Source: a virus. Taken from it: a stretch of DNA of 64,000 bases. The notes below the pieces were generated by a model. The model had not been told where the DNA came from. It made no database searches and saw only the letters and a program-made list of their open reading frames with translations. A program made the translations under genes and the position numbers. The DNA is taken from IMG/VR virus record IMGVR_UViG_3300036818_000127, positions 32,001-96,000 of that record; one strand, given 5' to 3'. Below are positions 38,202-48,753 of the stretch, piece after piece; position 1 is the first letter of the stretch; every line of letters starts with the position of its first letter.

Positions 38202-38522
38202 ATGCTAGAACAGAAAACAAGACAAGAACCAAATCTGTACAGGCCGACAGCATTGCGTATTTATTTACGGCTAGTTAGGCACATTGACTATGTACAGAGG
38301 TATCCATGCAACTACTGCTATGCTCGTGGGACTTCTCTTATCATTCAGGGAGATGCAGAGGCGCACATCCAAGAGATTGCAGGAAGAGACTTTGACCACA
38401 TTCATTTCGAGACAGTCGTAAGGGACTTGGAACATTTCGGACTTATCATACATAGCAATATTCGGATGGGACTGCATGAGCTTGCACTCCTGTATAGCAT
38501 GAGAGGAATGAGACATGGATGA
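38202..38522 (+). CDS. hypothetical protein
   Basis: ORF in coupled operon. Confidence 0.5.
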   Translation: MLEQKTRQEPNLYRPTALRIYLRLVRHIDYVQRYPCNYCYARGTSLIIQGDAEAHIQEIAGRDFDHIHFETVVRDLEHFGLIIHSNIRMGLHELALLYSMRGMRHG

Positions 38523-38868
38523 GACCACTACCCAGCAAGAGAACAGCAACCTCTGCCAACAGTGCGGAGGGACGAGGCGCATCGTCTACACCATGGGATT
38601 TGAAGAGGGAAGACCCCGAGATCTACGAGCTGATCCTCCCACATTCCTTAAATTATGCCCAGGACATCCTGCCCAGACAGAAGATTCACAAGAAGAAACG
38701 CTAAGCAATGAGCAACGCTACTCTATCCTGAAGCTCAAACAGCGCATCGTTGACCACTTTCTTGCAGAAATAGAGGCATTCTATACAGTCCACCCAGGTC
38801 TACGAATAACATGGGATTTTACTATAGATGCGTTCACCAGAGAAGAAAAGGGAGAAAAGGATAGCTAA
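38515..38868 (+). CDS. hypothetical protein
   Basis: Overlapping operon. Confidence 0.5.
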   Translation: MDETTTQQENSNLCQQCGGTRRIVYTMGFEEGRPRDLRADPPTFLKLCPGHPAQTEDSQEETLSNEQRYSILKLKQRIVDHFLAEIEAFYTVHPGLRITWDFTIDAFTREEKGEKDS

Positions 38869-39242
38869 TGCAGCAGTTTACGAAAATGCCGCAGCACAAT
38901 ACCCACCCTAACTATGGAGACAATTTCCATATTAAGGATGAAACAACAGATACATCCATGCATTCTATGTCTGATTGGAAGCCACAGCAGCAGCCTATAG
39001 CACCTTATCCTGAGAATTGGCACAAGCAAAATGCTGCATGGCAACCGCCCTATCCAGAGCACTGGAATAAGCAGGATACAAGTCCCATGCATCGGATTAT
39101 TCTCCCTAGCATAAAGCATTACCCAATCTTGCCGCCTGCGCCTACCCTAGTCGGCTATCTCGTTATCTGGGCATGCTGTGGGTATACCGTATTTATTATT
39201 TTCTGCCAGCTACTTCGAGCGTTTCCACAGGCTATCAAGTAG
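38868..39242 (+). CDS. hypothetical protein with C-terminal TM helix
   Basis: PYPExW repeat, hydrophobic tail. Confidence 0.5.
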   Translation: MQQFTKMPQHNTHPNYGDNFHIKDETTDTSMHSMSDWKPQQQPIAPYPENWHKQNAAWQPPYPEHWNKQDTSPMHRIILPSIKHYPILPPAPTLVGYLVIWACCGYTVFIIFCQLLRAFPQAIK

Positions 39243-39254
39243 AAAGGATATTTC

Positions 39255-39611
39255 ATGAGTAACAATGATATAACAGCAAGGTGCCATGCTGCACTCAATA
39301 GACTATCTAAATGGAAGTCAGTTTTTACAGGCTGGCAATTAGGGACGGTTCCGCTCGGGTATGCTCCAGGTGATGCTGTGCGAGACCACCGAGAGACAAC
39401 GCTCTTACTGCGAGCAGAAAATTCAACACTCCTTGGACTATGCATTCGCAAGGGACTCTTTACAGAGGATGAGTACCACCTAGCTCTTGCTAAGGAAGCA
39501 GAACAGCTTTCAAAGGACTATGAGAAGAAGTTTCCAGGGATGAAGGCAACAGACATTGGAATGCAATTCAACGCACAAGCAGTAGAGACGATGAAGGACT
39601 GGTTGCCGTAA
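39255..39611 (+). CDS. hypothetical phage protein
   Basis: RBS, ORF. Confidence 0.6.
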   Translation: MSNNDITARCHAALNRLSKWKSVFTGWQLGTVPLGYAPGDAVRDHRETTLLLRAENSTLLGLCIRKGLFTEDEYHLALAKEAEQLSKDYEKKFPGMKATDIGMQFNAQAVETMKDWLP

Positions 39612-39612
39612 G

Positions 39613-39897
39613 ATGCTATTCGATAAAGACAAGAAGGTCGTGATTGAGTATGAAGCTATCCGTGCTGCTATTGTGCTCGATGCCATCATGACCCGCATGG
39701 AAACCGTCATAGAGGACACATCGATAGAGGGTGTCTGCAAATATCTCATCCTAAGAGATTTAGGACAGGAGATAGTTGATCAGCTCGTGCCAAGGGGCGA
39801 GCAAGAAGCATTTCTACGAGAGCTACTTCAAAATGAAACAATACTCTCCGCATTGAGGAAAGAAAGAGGGGAGAAAGGTGGAACATCTCAAGATTGA
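39613..39897 (+). CDS. hypothetical protein
   Basis: ORF. Confidence 0.5.
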   Translation: MLFDKDKKVVIEYEAIRAAIVLDAIMTRMETVIEDTSIEGVCKYLILRDLGQEIVDQLVPRGEQEAFLRELLQNETILSALRKERGEKGGTSQD

Positions 39898-40267
39898 AAT
39901 CAATGAGCAGTTCGCACGGAAAAAGAACATATTTGACCTTGGGGACGGCATGAGCATCATCATCACCCCACTTGAGCTTGACGAGCATTATTGGATCTAT
40001 CGCGTCAAGCTCTTTGAAGATCAGGCAATTATTGCTTTTCCCAAGTTCTCTACCGTCGCCATCGGTTTCGCCCAGGAGGCTGACTGGAATACCAATCTTC
40101 CTTATAGGTGCAATGCAGAGATGATCTACAGCCATATCAAGCATAACAAGAAGTATAAGGAGATCACAGACGGTGATTGTTTAGCAGCAATCAAGCTTAT
40201 CCAGCGAACTATAGCGGCTATAGGAGAAGCAAAGGAGCACTATGAGCACAAAGATCCAGGTTATTAA
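39878..40267 (+). CDS. hypothetical phage protein
   Basis: ORF. Confidence 0.55.
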   Translation: MEHLKIEINEQFARKKNIFDLGDGMSIIITPLELDEHYWIYRVKLFEDQAIIAFPKFSTVAIGFAQEADWNTNLPYRCNAEMIYSHIKHNKKYKEITDGDCLAAIKLIQRTIAAIGEAKEHYEHKDPGY

Positions 40268-40883
40268 TCCCTTCTGGCAAGAAGTCCAAGCAAATCTTGC
40301 AGTTGCCCGTGAGTATGACTACAGGTGGGTTATCAGCAACTCAGAACTGCGAGATAAGTGTTGCAGGATGTATGCCTGGGCTATTCCTGATCCTATGTCT
40401 GTCATCTTTGTTGCTCAACAGCTTGGCCCGCGAGCTATTGAGATGGGGGCTGGCACTGGCTACTGGAGCTGGCAGATTTCCCAGCTCGGGGTTGATATCC
40501 TGGCCTATGACAAAGCACCTCCGGACAAGATCCCAAATGACTTCTTTGCTCCCTATTCGGAGGTCCCATCCAAGAGCCTAGTCAAAACATGGCACCCTGT
40601 CCAGCTAGGAAGCATTGAAGTCCTGGCTGAGCATACTGATCGAACATTGCTTCTCTGTTGGCCGCCCTATGCAACTGATTTTGCACATCAGTGCCTCAAA
40701 GCCTACCAAGGCAATCGACTTGTCTTCATCGGCGAAGGGTGCGGTGGGTGTACTGGAGATGATAATTTCTTTGCACTTCTAGACAGGGAGTGGGAAGAAG
40801 TAGCAGAGCATAGCATACAGCAATGGAGATATATCCATGATGGCATCACAGTCTATGAGAGGGGAAAAGAAGAAAATGAGTAG
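40242..40883 (+). CDS. class I SAM-dependent methyltransferase-like protein
   Basis: EMGAGTGYW, AYD, LCWPPY. Confidence 0.75.
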   Translation: MSTKIQVINPFWQEVQANLAVAREYDYRWVISNSELRDKCCRMYAWAIPDPMSVIFVAQQLGPRAIEMGAGTGYWSWQISQLGVDILAYDKAPPDKIPNDFFAPYSEVPSKSLVKTWHPVQLGSIEVLAEHTDRTLLLCWPPYATDFAHQCLKAYQGNRLVFIGEGCGGCTGDDNFFALLDREWEEVAEHSIQQWRYIHDGITVYERGKEENE

Positions 40884-41018
40884 TTATTGGATCGATGTAG
40901 CAGGAAAAGCTATTGTGGCTATAGGGTTTGTTTTCTGCGGAATTGGGGTACTATACAATGTTACTAAGTTGTTCATTGCATTAGTCCTAGAGGCTGTAGA
41001 AGGTACTGAAGAGGAACC

Positions 41019-41321
41019 ATGCCACGACGACGAAAAAAAGGATATATTCGCGGGAAGCCGCTAAGCGAACGGGAAAAAGAAACAGTTGGATTGCTCGCAC
41101 TTGGCCTGGAATATTCCCAGATTGCGAGAAGTATGCATGTTAGTACAAATACTATCAAAAATCACCTGTGGAGCATCCGGTGTAAGACGGGTATCCAGAG
41201 TCGAACACTCCTAGCATTTTATGCCTATGCAAGCGGGATCGTGAGCAAAGATGAGATCAAAGGAGCAATGAGGTGGGAACGGAGGCTCAATCCTCTTGTG
41301 AGGAAAGAGAAGGAAGGGTGA
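41019..41321 (+). CDS. LuxR-type HTH regulator
   Basis: LSEREKE...LA.G.....IA..M.VS.NTIK.H. Confidence 0.85.
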   Translation: MPRRRKKGYIRGKPLSEREKETVGLLALGLEYSQIARSMHVSTNTIKNHLWSIRCKTGIQSRTLLAFYAYASGIVSKDEIKGAMRWERRLNPLVRKEKEG

Positions 41322-41644
41322 CGAGAACAGCAATCGGACCATTATCATCACCCAGGTCCCTTGAGCACATTCAAAGATCATAGTGTGTGGATAGTAGCCA
41401 TAGTATAACAAACTCATGTATCGAAATCAAGATGTCAAGCGGGGCTAATCCCAAAGTACTAGAAGGAGCAAAGTGATGTATACAAATCTTTACACAAGAA
41501 TAGCAATATCTAGGCATTGCATAAAGCAAGTAGAAACTGGTCATATTAAGGCATCTAACCTATTGCAATTTTTGCAATTCTGTAGTATAATAGAATTATT
41601 AGAAACGTTGTACATACTAGATAGACCAGAAGAAAGGGAAAGAG

Positions 41645-41857
41645 ATGGCGATAAACATGCAAGAAAAACTCTATACTCCAGAAGAGATTGGAGAGATGTT
41701 CCGAGTCTCGCCGGATACTGTCATGCGGCTGCTGAGAGAGAAAAAGATGAAGGGTACCAAGTTTGGGGGACAGTGGCGTGTTGCCGAGAAGGACCTAGAA
41801 GCATATGTAGCAAAACAAGTCAACATTCAGGAAGAGGGTCAACAAGAGAACAAATAA
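41645..41857 (+). CDS. excisionase-like HTH_17 protein
   Basis: YTPEEIGEMFRVS..TV.RL...K.GGQWRV. Confidence 0.85.
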   Translation: MAINMQEKLYTPEEIGEMFRVSPDTVMRLLREKKMKGTKFGGQWRVAEKDLEAYVAKQVNIQEEGQQENK

Positions 41858-42112
41858 AAAGAGCCGGAAAAATCCGGCATGTTACAACAAAAAGGTTATT
41901 AGCAACATTCAGTTTATCCCCTAGACGGTCGGCAAAACTTATAAGGGATGAACCTGGGGGTACTTGACGCCCCGATGATCTTAGTATAACCACTCCATCC
42001 TAAAAAAGCAATGGTTTTACACAAGAAATCATCGGACTGCAAGAAAGAAAGAAAGTGTGTTTATGCATCTTAATCTCATAATGTATCAAAGTAGCATGAG
42101 AGGGTATAGTCA

Positions 42113-43483
42113 ATGGCTATAGGCAAGGATATGTCATCACCTTATGAAAACGCACCAATTATTGAACAGGCCATGCAGTGGATTCTTGATGATTTGCTCT
42201 CAAAGAATAGACAGCCCTCACCAGAAGACCTGGAAGCAATCCCACAAGGTGAGGGGACAGAGATCATTCAAGCGATCAGTGAGGCATTTGAAAAAAACCG
42301 AGAGATTGGTGCCCACAAGGTCTGGAATGCGCTGTGCAAAGACATTGATGAGAGGAATAAAGCAGCTAGCAAGAAGGGCAACTGGCTCAAAGAACTAAAA
42401 GCACGACCCGTCCCTCCAAGGGACGGGGATGAGACAGCAAGCCCGCCTGTAAAGGAACGTCAGTACCCACTACAGCCGCTTAGCTACTTCAAAAACAAGC
42501 CCAAGCGAGATTGGGGAGTTGATCAGATCATATTCAATCGCGGCTCATCGATTTTCATTGGAGACAGTGGGAGTGGAAAATCTACATTTGTACTGAACAT
42601 GTTCCTAAGTCGCGCATGTGATGTCTACTTCATTAGTCGTCCGACCAAACCAGCTTTTCTCGTCTGGATTGCAGGAGAGAGTGCCGATGAACTCTATCCT
42701 AGAGTGAAAGCCTTTTTAGCATGCCACAATATCCCAGAAGATGAACTAAAGAACTTCCTTGCATTAGATGGGCGCATGCCATTTAACAATGTTACTGAAG
42801 TCTTAACCTTCATAGAAGAAGTAAAAGAGCAGCTAGCAGAAATAGAAGTAACACCAGAAACACATTCCATTGTCTTCGTATTTGATACCTATGCAAAGTG
42901 TACGCCAGGGTCAGATGAGAACAATACCCAGGAAACAAAAATCATTACAGAGTCAATTGACTCCATTGTTAGAGAGTTTCAGTCACACGTAGCAATCATC
43001 CACCACGTAAATGCACAAGGTAAAATAAGAGGTAACGGTGCATTTAAAGCTTCTGTAGATACTGTCTGGCTCGTGACCAAAGACGGCGCAAATATGAAGC
43101 TTCACTGTGAAAAAATGCGAGGGACACGGGAGCCTGATGACTTCACGGTAGAGGTTCGCTCTATCCTTATCGATGAGAGTGCTATCAGTGCCCCTGATAG
43201 CACGGCACCTGTCATCTTTCCTAGCAATGCAAGTGCTGAGAGCTTTATCCCCAAAGCACAGATGCAGATGTTACACCTTCTTAACTCAAAATCACAACTC
43301 ACAAGCGGGGAGTGGCAGAAACTTTGTGAAGATGAGCACACTATCTCACGTCCTACATTCCACAGACACTTGAAGCTTCTCTTAAAAGAAGAACTTATTA
43401 ATGGTCCTGCTGAAGAAGATAAAGAACAAGGCAAGAAAGTATATTACTCTTTATCCCCGAAAGGAGTCTTACTGCTTGGATAA
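42113..43483 (+). CDS. AAA_25/RepA-like helicase with C-terminal wHTH
   Basis: GDSGSGKST, FVFDT, DEN, IIHH, RG. Confidence 0.85.
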   Translation: MAIGKDMSSPYENAPIIEQAMQWILDDLLSKNRQPSPEDLEAIPQGEGTEIIQAISEAFEKNREIGAHKVWNALCKDIDERNKAASKKGNWLKELKARPVPPRDGDETASPPVKERQYPLQPLSYFKNKPKRDWGVDQIIFNRGSSIFIGDSGSGKSTFVLNMFLSRACDVYFISRPTKPAFLVWIAGESADELYPRVKAFLACHNIPEDELKNFLALDGRMPFNNVTEVLTFIEEVKEQLAEIEVTPETHSIVFVFDTYAKCTPGSDENNTQETKIITESIDSIVREFQSHVAIIHHVNAQGKIRGNGAFKASVDTVWLVTKDGANMKLHCEKMRGTREPDDFTVEVRSILIDESAISAPDSTAPVIFPSNASAESFIPKAQMQMLHLLNSKSQLTSGEWQKLCEDEHTISRPTFHRHLKLLLKEELINGPAEEDKEQGKKVYYSLSPKGVLLLG

Positions 43484-43489
43484 TCTAGT

Positions 43490-43832
43490 ATTAGTAGTCT
43501 CATTGTGGGATTTAGGAGTGAGACTAGTTTTCCGAAGCAATCAATATATGCATGGGGCTGGATGTCGTGTATTTTCGGTAACAGTAAATAAAAAGAGTAT
43601 GGGCATAACTGTTAAATCAAGTATAAAGGGTAGTAATGTACATGGAAAACTAGTCTCACTAGTATCAAAGTGGTCTCATGATACTAGTGAGACTGGCACC
43701 TACAAAACTAGTCTCACTAGTATCACTACTACTAAGTAGTGATACTAGTGAGACTAGTTGGTCGGCAAGCTCAAATGAACAGAAAAACTAAGCTAAATTT
43801 GATTTTGAGAGTGAAACTAGTGAGACTAGTTT
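43490..43832. repeat. iteron-like ACTAGTGAGACTAGT repeats in both orientations; candidate replication origin
   Basis: About 7 copies between helicase and primase. Confidence 0.65.
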
Positions 43833-43851
43833 GTGAGAGAGGCAAAGACAG

Positions 43852-45081
43852 ATGGAATCTAATCTTCTTGCAGAGATGCAAAATGATGGGTACAGCGGAA
43901 AGCGTAAGGCAACAACGAGAGGTGGGGAATGGCATGGACCTTGTATCTTGCCAGGGTGCAGCGGACTCGGCAAGGATAGATTAAGGGTACAGCCTAATCA
44001 CGGACCCTATGGGTTTTTTGAATGCAGAGTGTGTAGCGAGAGCGGCTCACTAGTGGACTACCTAATACTCAAGAGGGGACATACTAAGCACCAAGCCCTT
44101 GTACAGGCAGGTTGGAAGCCCAAGGATGGGAGTGAGCCGCAATTTCTTCTCCCTAAAAATGTGCTCACTGGTGATGCCTACCTAAGACATTTAGCGCCGC
44201 CTCTAGTATGGCAGGCACAGGCAAAGGTCTTTGTTGAATACTGCACTAGTGTCCTCTGGGGGGATAAAGGACAACAAGCATTAGACTATCTGCGGGGACG
44301 TGGGCTAACAGACGAGATCATCAAGATGGCACAGATAGGATACAATCCTGCAAGGTTACGCCAGTCGGCGGAAAAGTGGGGGCGCAAAGAGCATGGATTT
44401 CTGGCGGCAGGTATTACGATCCCATGGTTTGTCGGGGAAGGTGAATTGTGGAGGGTGACTATCCGCGATGAGAAGATAGCAGATGGCGAGGGGCGCTACA
44501 AGCAAATAGCAGGCAGCTCTAATGGGCTCTATCTCTCTTTTACCCTCAGCTATGATCGACCCGTGGTATTAGTGGAAGGGGAAATCGATGCACTTTCTAT
44601 TGCTCAGGAGTGTGGACATGATGTTTCAGTATGCGCAACTGGAGGAACCATCGGGAGTCACTCAGCTAGATGCCTCGGCGCACTTGCAGGGAAGGACCTT
44701 GTACTCATTGCATTTGATGCTGAGGAAAGAGGCGATAAAGCATCAGATTGGTGGCTCAACCGACTAGAGAATGCGCAGCGGCTCCGACCGTTCTGGAAGG
44801 ATGCCAATCAGATGTTGCAGGAGGGTGTGGACTTGCTAGAGGATTGGATACTGCCGAGACTTGAGTCTATTCTCTATGGTCCTAGTCCTATACCTACTCC
44901 CGAGAGCAGTGATGTATGCAAAGGATGTGGGTGTCCTTTCCCGTCATTTGAGGGCTGGGAACCTGAGAATATTCCAATGGATGATGTTATGAACTTTGAC
45001 CCTGAAGATGGTGAAATGTACTGTGAAAAATGTAGGCCAGGCCTTTTTGAACAAGTATGCGAATTAGCACAAGCATCATAA
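43852..45081 (+). CDS. DNA primase (Zn finger + TOPRIM)
   Basis: GPC..PGC...CRVC, YLRGRGL, VEGEIDALS, FDAEERG. Confidence 0.85.
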   Translation: MESNLLAEMQNDGYSGKRKATTRGGEWHGPCILPGCSGLGKDRLRVQPNHGPYGFFECRVCSESGSLVDYLILKRGHTKHQALVQAGWKPKDGSEPQFLLPKNVLTGDAYLRHLAPPLVWQAQAKVFVEYCTSVLWGDKGQQALDYLRGRGLTDEIIKMAQIGYNPARLRQSAEKWGRKEHGFLAAGITIPWFVGEGELWRVTIRDEKIADGEGRYKQIAGSSNGLYLSFTLSYDRPVVLVEGEIDALSIAQECGHDVSVCATGGTIGSHSARCLGALAGKDLVLIAFDAEERGDKASDWWLNRLENAQRLRPFWKDANQMLQEGVDLLEDWILPRLESILYGPSPIPTPESSDVCKGCGCPFPSFEGWEPENIPMDDVMNFDPEDGEMYCEKCRPGLFEQVCELAQAS

Positions 45082-45093
45082 GGAAAGAGCAAG

Positions 45094-45429
45094 ATGAGCA
45101 AACGAAAGAATTTACACCTTCTTAGGGTTGGAAAGATAAAACAATCCTTTACAGGGTTGATTGAGAGTATCTCTGATCAAGACCGCTTATGGTTTGAGCA
45201 ACATCCTAGTAAAGATCAGTATGTGCGTGATTATAAGGCTGGAGAGTTTAAAGATCAGACACCCCCTATGAATACACAAGTTCTAGTCACAAAAGTTAGT
45301 GCAGATGTAAGAGTCCGCACAGTTATCCCCTATGATGTTGCGGATTTATCTCAGTCAGGTATGTACATATTCATACCTGAGGTAGAAGAAATAAGAGATA
45401 AGATGGGCCATATAAAGTTTGAAGAGTAG
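45094..45429 (+). CDS. hypothetical protein
   Basis: ORF. Confidence 0.5.
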   Translation: MSKRKNLHLLRVGKIKQSFTGLIESISDQDRLWFEQHPSKDQYVRDYKAGEFKDQTPPMNTQVLVTKVSADVRVRTVIPYDVADLSQSGMYIFIPEVEEIRDKMGHIKFEE

Positions 45430-45458
45430 CGTGTCATATAGCCAAAGGATACAAGGAA

Positions 45459-45761
45459 TTGATAACAAGAGAGCAAGCACTTAGTGCACTAGCGCAACAC
45501 TATGATTTATCGTTAATGTATGAATTAGAACCAAGTAGGACAGAGTTTCTAGTTGATTTAGCATTTGAGTGTATTGCAATGGAAGAGTCAAAACAGTCTG
45601 CTCTTGAAGGTCTCAAGATGTATGCAACTCGACTCGTTGGCCGAAATGCTATATGCCCAGAGCTTCGGACAGCCGCATATGAGAGATTACTATATAGCTA
45701 TCTCGACTGGTTGTTATCACCTTCAGAGTTGGAGGGTATAGGTCAGGAGCAAGCCTCCTAG
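45459..45761 (+). CDS. hypothetical protein
   Basis: ORF. Confidence 0.5.
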   Translation: MITREQALSALAQHYDLSLMYELEPSRTEFLVDLAFECIAMEESKQSALEGLKMYATRLVGRNAICPELRTAAYERLLYSYLDWLLSPSELEGIGQEQAS

Positions 45762-45785
45762 TGGAAATGTGTAGAGTATAGCTGC

Positions 45786-45814
45786 TTGACAGTTTATGGA
45801 AGATATGCTATACT
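45786..45814 (+). promoter_or_regulatory. repeated promoter copy driving DNA polymerase
   Basis: Exact 29-mer. Confidence 0.85.
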
Positions 45815-45843
45815 TAAAAGAGAGATAAGAGAAAGGACTTCTG

Positions 45844-47859
45844 ATGATAACAAAAAAAGAGAAAGACCTCGAAAAACTGGCACTATGGAATAACCCGATG
45901 AGAGCAGCTTTTGAGCCACGAACAGAACGTCATATTGTGGCGGCCCCCTCGAATGTCGAGACTACTGAAGAAGCTGTCAACCCTGCTGACCATCCTGTTA
46001 TAGAATCGCACTCTTCTGTATGTGTCTCAACTCCAGAGCAGGTCCATGATATTGCACAGCAACTTCAAGGCAATGCTACCTATGTTATGGACCTGGAGAC
46101 GACAGGGTTAAACCCTCGACAGAACAAGATCATTACCATAGCATTCGGTACTCCTGATCAGGTCTACATTATTGATGTGAGAAGGTTTCATTCAGCTTCA
46201 GAGAGTCTTCGAACTCTCTGGTGCGAGGCATTGCAGAGGCTCTTTCACCGAGAGGATATTGTGTGGGCTGGGCATAACCTGAAGTTCGACTGGTCTTTCG
46301 TGGCTGTCCAGTTCGGGGTACGGATGAGGCGGGTGTATGACACGATGATAGTAGAGAAGCTAATTCACAATGGCGCGAGGGTTTCTGCATCCCTCAAGAA
46401 TGCCGCCGCTCGCTATGGTATTGCTGTCTCGAAGGAAGAGGTCAACTACTTCATTGGTCTGGACCAACGCCCGAAAGAGTGGTCAGCGCCAATCCCTCCT
46501 GCCCAGATCACCTATATTGAACAGGACATCATTGTCCCCCACCAGCTTATAGCTTCCCAGCAGGTAGAAATAGATAGGCAGTCTTTGGGCCAAGTTATTG
46601 AACTTGAGAATGCTGCCCTCCCAGCAATAGCTTCTATTGAAGTCAATGGGCTACTAGTGGATGTTGCAAGGTGGCGCCATATCCTGGAGGCAAAGCTGGC
46701 CAGGAAAGAAAAGTTAGAAGGGGAATTGAAATCCGTCTTATCAAATGCTCTTGCAGATAAGGCAGAGCAGGATACTGACGGTAAACTTTTTTCAGTACGT
46801 CCCGACATCCATATCAACCTAGGCTCGCGCGATCAGCTTCTCTCAGCACTGGCATGCCTTGGTGTACGGGTAGATGATACGAAAGCCGAGAGCCTAGAGG
46901 AAGTAAAGGGTCAACATGATTCTGTGGGCCAGCTATTAGACTGGAAGAACCTTGAAAAGTTCATTACTGCTTTCGGAGACTCTGTTCTCGGGAAAGTTGA
47001 AGAGGATAGCCGCATCCATGCCACCTTTGAACAGCTAGGAGCAGTGTCTGGTCGGATCATCTGCCGAGATCCAAACCTCCAGCAGATACCTAAGTCCAAC
47101 AATCATGATGAGGATATCCGTAGTTGCTTCGTGGCCCCATCTGGATACAAGTTCTTAGTAGCGGACCTCTCTAACATCGAACTGCGCATCCTGGCCGAGG
47201 TATCTGGTGACCCTACCATGCTCCGCTTCTTTGATGAAGGAAAGGACCTTCATGCAGAAACAGCGAGGCTTATGTTCAAGCTTGGCCCTGATGTTGATAC
47301 CAAGAAGCACTTGATCAATGGGGTAAAGGCTAGGGATATTGCTAAGACCATCAACTTTGGGATTGCCTATGGTATGGGTCCTGGAGGGCTGGCGGCACGT
47401 ATCGGAGTTGATCCCGATGCAGCTAAGAAGCTTCTCTCAACATACAAAGAGACATACAAGGGAGTAGTCACATACCTAGACCAGTCATCACGGGAGGCAA
47501 TTAATCAGAAGTATGTCACCTCCCTCTCCGGCAGGCGCAGGACCTTTCTCCCAGAAACTCTTGCTGATAGGCAGTCACGCGGAGAGGCAGAGCGAGCTGC
47601 AAGAAACCACCCGATCCAGGGAGCCAATGCCGATATCCTTAAACGAGCATTGGCACTACTCTCTGAACAATTGCCAGAAGACGTGCATATAGTGCTTACT
47701 GTACATGATGAAATTTGTTTAGAGGCACCAGATATTAAAGTAGAGGAAGCAACCAACATCTTAAAAGAGTGCATGATGCAGGCATGTAGGAAGTTTTTAC
47801 ACAGGGTAGAGATACCAGAGATTGACGTATTAGTAGCAGGATACTGGATCAAGGGTTAA
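45844..47859 (+). CDS. polA: family A DNA polymerase with 3'-5' exonuclease
   Basis: DLETTG, HNLKFD, PNLQQIP, ADLSNIELR, AKTINFGIAYG, VHDE. Confidence 0.95.
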   Translation: MITKKEKDLEKLALWNNPMRAAFEPRTERHIVAAPSNVETTEEAVNPADHPVIESHSSVCVSTPEQVHDIAQQLQGNATYVMDLETTGLNPRQNKIITIAFGTPDQVYIIDVRRFHSASESLRTLWCEALQRLFHREDIVWAGHNLKFDWSFVAVQFGVRMRRVYDTMIVEKLIHNGARVSASLKNAAARYGIAVSKEEVNYFIGLDQRPKEWSAPIPPAQITYIEQDIIVPHQLIASQQVEIDRQSLGQVIELENAALPAIASIEVNGLLVDVARWRHILEAKLARKEKLEGELKSVLSNALADKAEQDTDGKLFSVRPDIHINLGSRDQLLSALACLGVRVDDTKAESLEEVKGQHDSVGQLLDWKNLEKFITAFGDSVLGKVEEDSRIHATFEQLGAVSGRIICRDPNLQQIPKSNNHDEDIRSCFVAPSGYKFLVADLSNIELRILAEVSGDPTMLRFFDEGKDLHAETARLMFKLGPDVDTKKHLINGVKARDIAKTINFGIAYGMGPGGLAARIGVDPDAAKKLLSTYKETYKGVVTYLDQSSREAINQKYVTSLSGRRRTFLPETLADRQSRGEAERAARNHPIQGANADILKRALALLSEQLPEDVHIVLTVHDEICLEAPDIKVEEATNILKECMMQACRKFLHRVEIPEIDVLVAGYWIKG

Positions 47860-47868
47860 GTAGTAGAA

Positions 47869-48075
47869 ATGATCATTGAAGTCTTACGCGCACCAAAAAG
47901 AGTACTGTATCATCAGGAATGCTATGTAGAGCAGAAAGATGATACAGTATATGGTGTACTAAGACTTCGTGATGGGGGTAAGTGTGTAGCCTGCGGGAAG
48001 GTCATAGCAGCCGGCCCACATTCTCGTAGGGAGGAAGAAATCCCCGCCAAGTTAGAACAATTGACCTTGTTTTGA
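47869..48075 (+). CDS. small Zn-binding hypothetical protein
   Basis: HQEC...CVAC. Confidence 0.45.
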   Translation: MIIEVLRAPKRVLYHQECYVEQKDDTVYGVLRLRDGGKCVACGKVIAAGPHSRREEEIPAKLEQLTLF

Positions 48076-48262
48076 GAGGAAAAGAGATGCATAAGAGCGG
48101 CAAAACCAGCATGTGCTTCAGATGGGCCTGTAGTGCCATTCTGGTGGTTTTATGGTCAAGTAGGGTAATCTATCCTTATCTGGGTGTATGGCCCACTCCT
48201 GGACTCTACAACCAAAAAGTTGTAGAAAAATCTAGAAATAGTAGAAGGAAATTGAAGGAAGG
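48052..48262 (+). repeat. dispersed intergenic repeat, copy C
   Basis: Matches copies A and B. Confidence 0.85.
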
Positions 48263-48753
48263 TGGCAATGACTAATAGTCAATTATCAGGGCGTGAAACT
48301 GAGGTACTGCAACTTGTAGCGCAAGGTCGTGATGACGATGACATTGCTAAGATCCTTGTGCTTAGCGCAAACACAGTACGGGCACATCTAATGAATATCC
48401 GAAAAAAGCTTGGATACAAAAAGTGTTCGCATAAAGAAGCTGGATCAATACGCGTGAGATTGACTATCTATGCATTAGAATCTGGCATAGTGAAGCTGGA
48501 GGGAATTTCCATGGAAAAGAACTATACACCAGAAGAAGAGCAGCGTATTCGAGAACTAGTACAACAGATAGAAATGAACTTCAATGCCTTTGGTCCGATG
48601 CTCGAAGAGTTATTTACCATCTATGAAGGCTATGAAGAGCATCATGTAAAGACACTGCAATTATTGCTAGAAGCGATGAATGAGGTAAACTTCGTAGAGA
48701 TACAGCGAGGCATTAAAAAAAAGGAGAATTCGCAAGATGACCGTTTATGTTGA
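48262..48753 (+). CDS. LuxR-type HTH regulator
   Basis: LSGRETEVLQLVAQG....IA..L.LS.NTVRAH. Confidence 0.85.
   Translation: MAMTNSQLSGRETEVLQLVAQGRDDDDIAKILVLSANTVRAHLMNIRKKLGYKKCSHKEAGSIRVRLTIYALESGIVKLEGISMEKNYTPEEEQRIRELVQQIEMNFNAFGPMLEELFTIYEGYEEHHVKTLQLLLEAMNEVNFVEIQRGIKKKENSQDDRLC

Noticed and set aside
48072-48275. 67-aa ORF
   Set aside because: It coincides with the dispersed repeat, which sits in intergenic positions in the other copies; coding status is unsupported.
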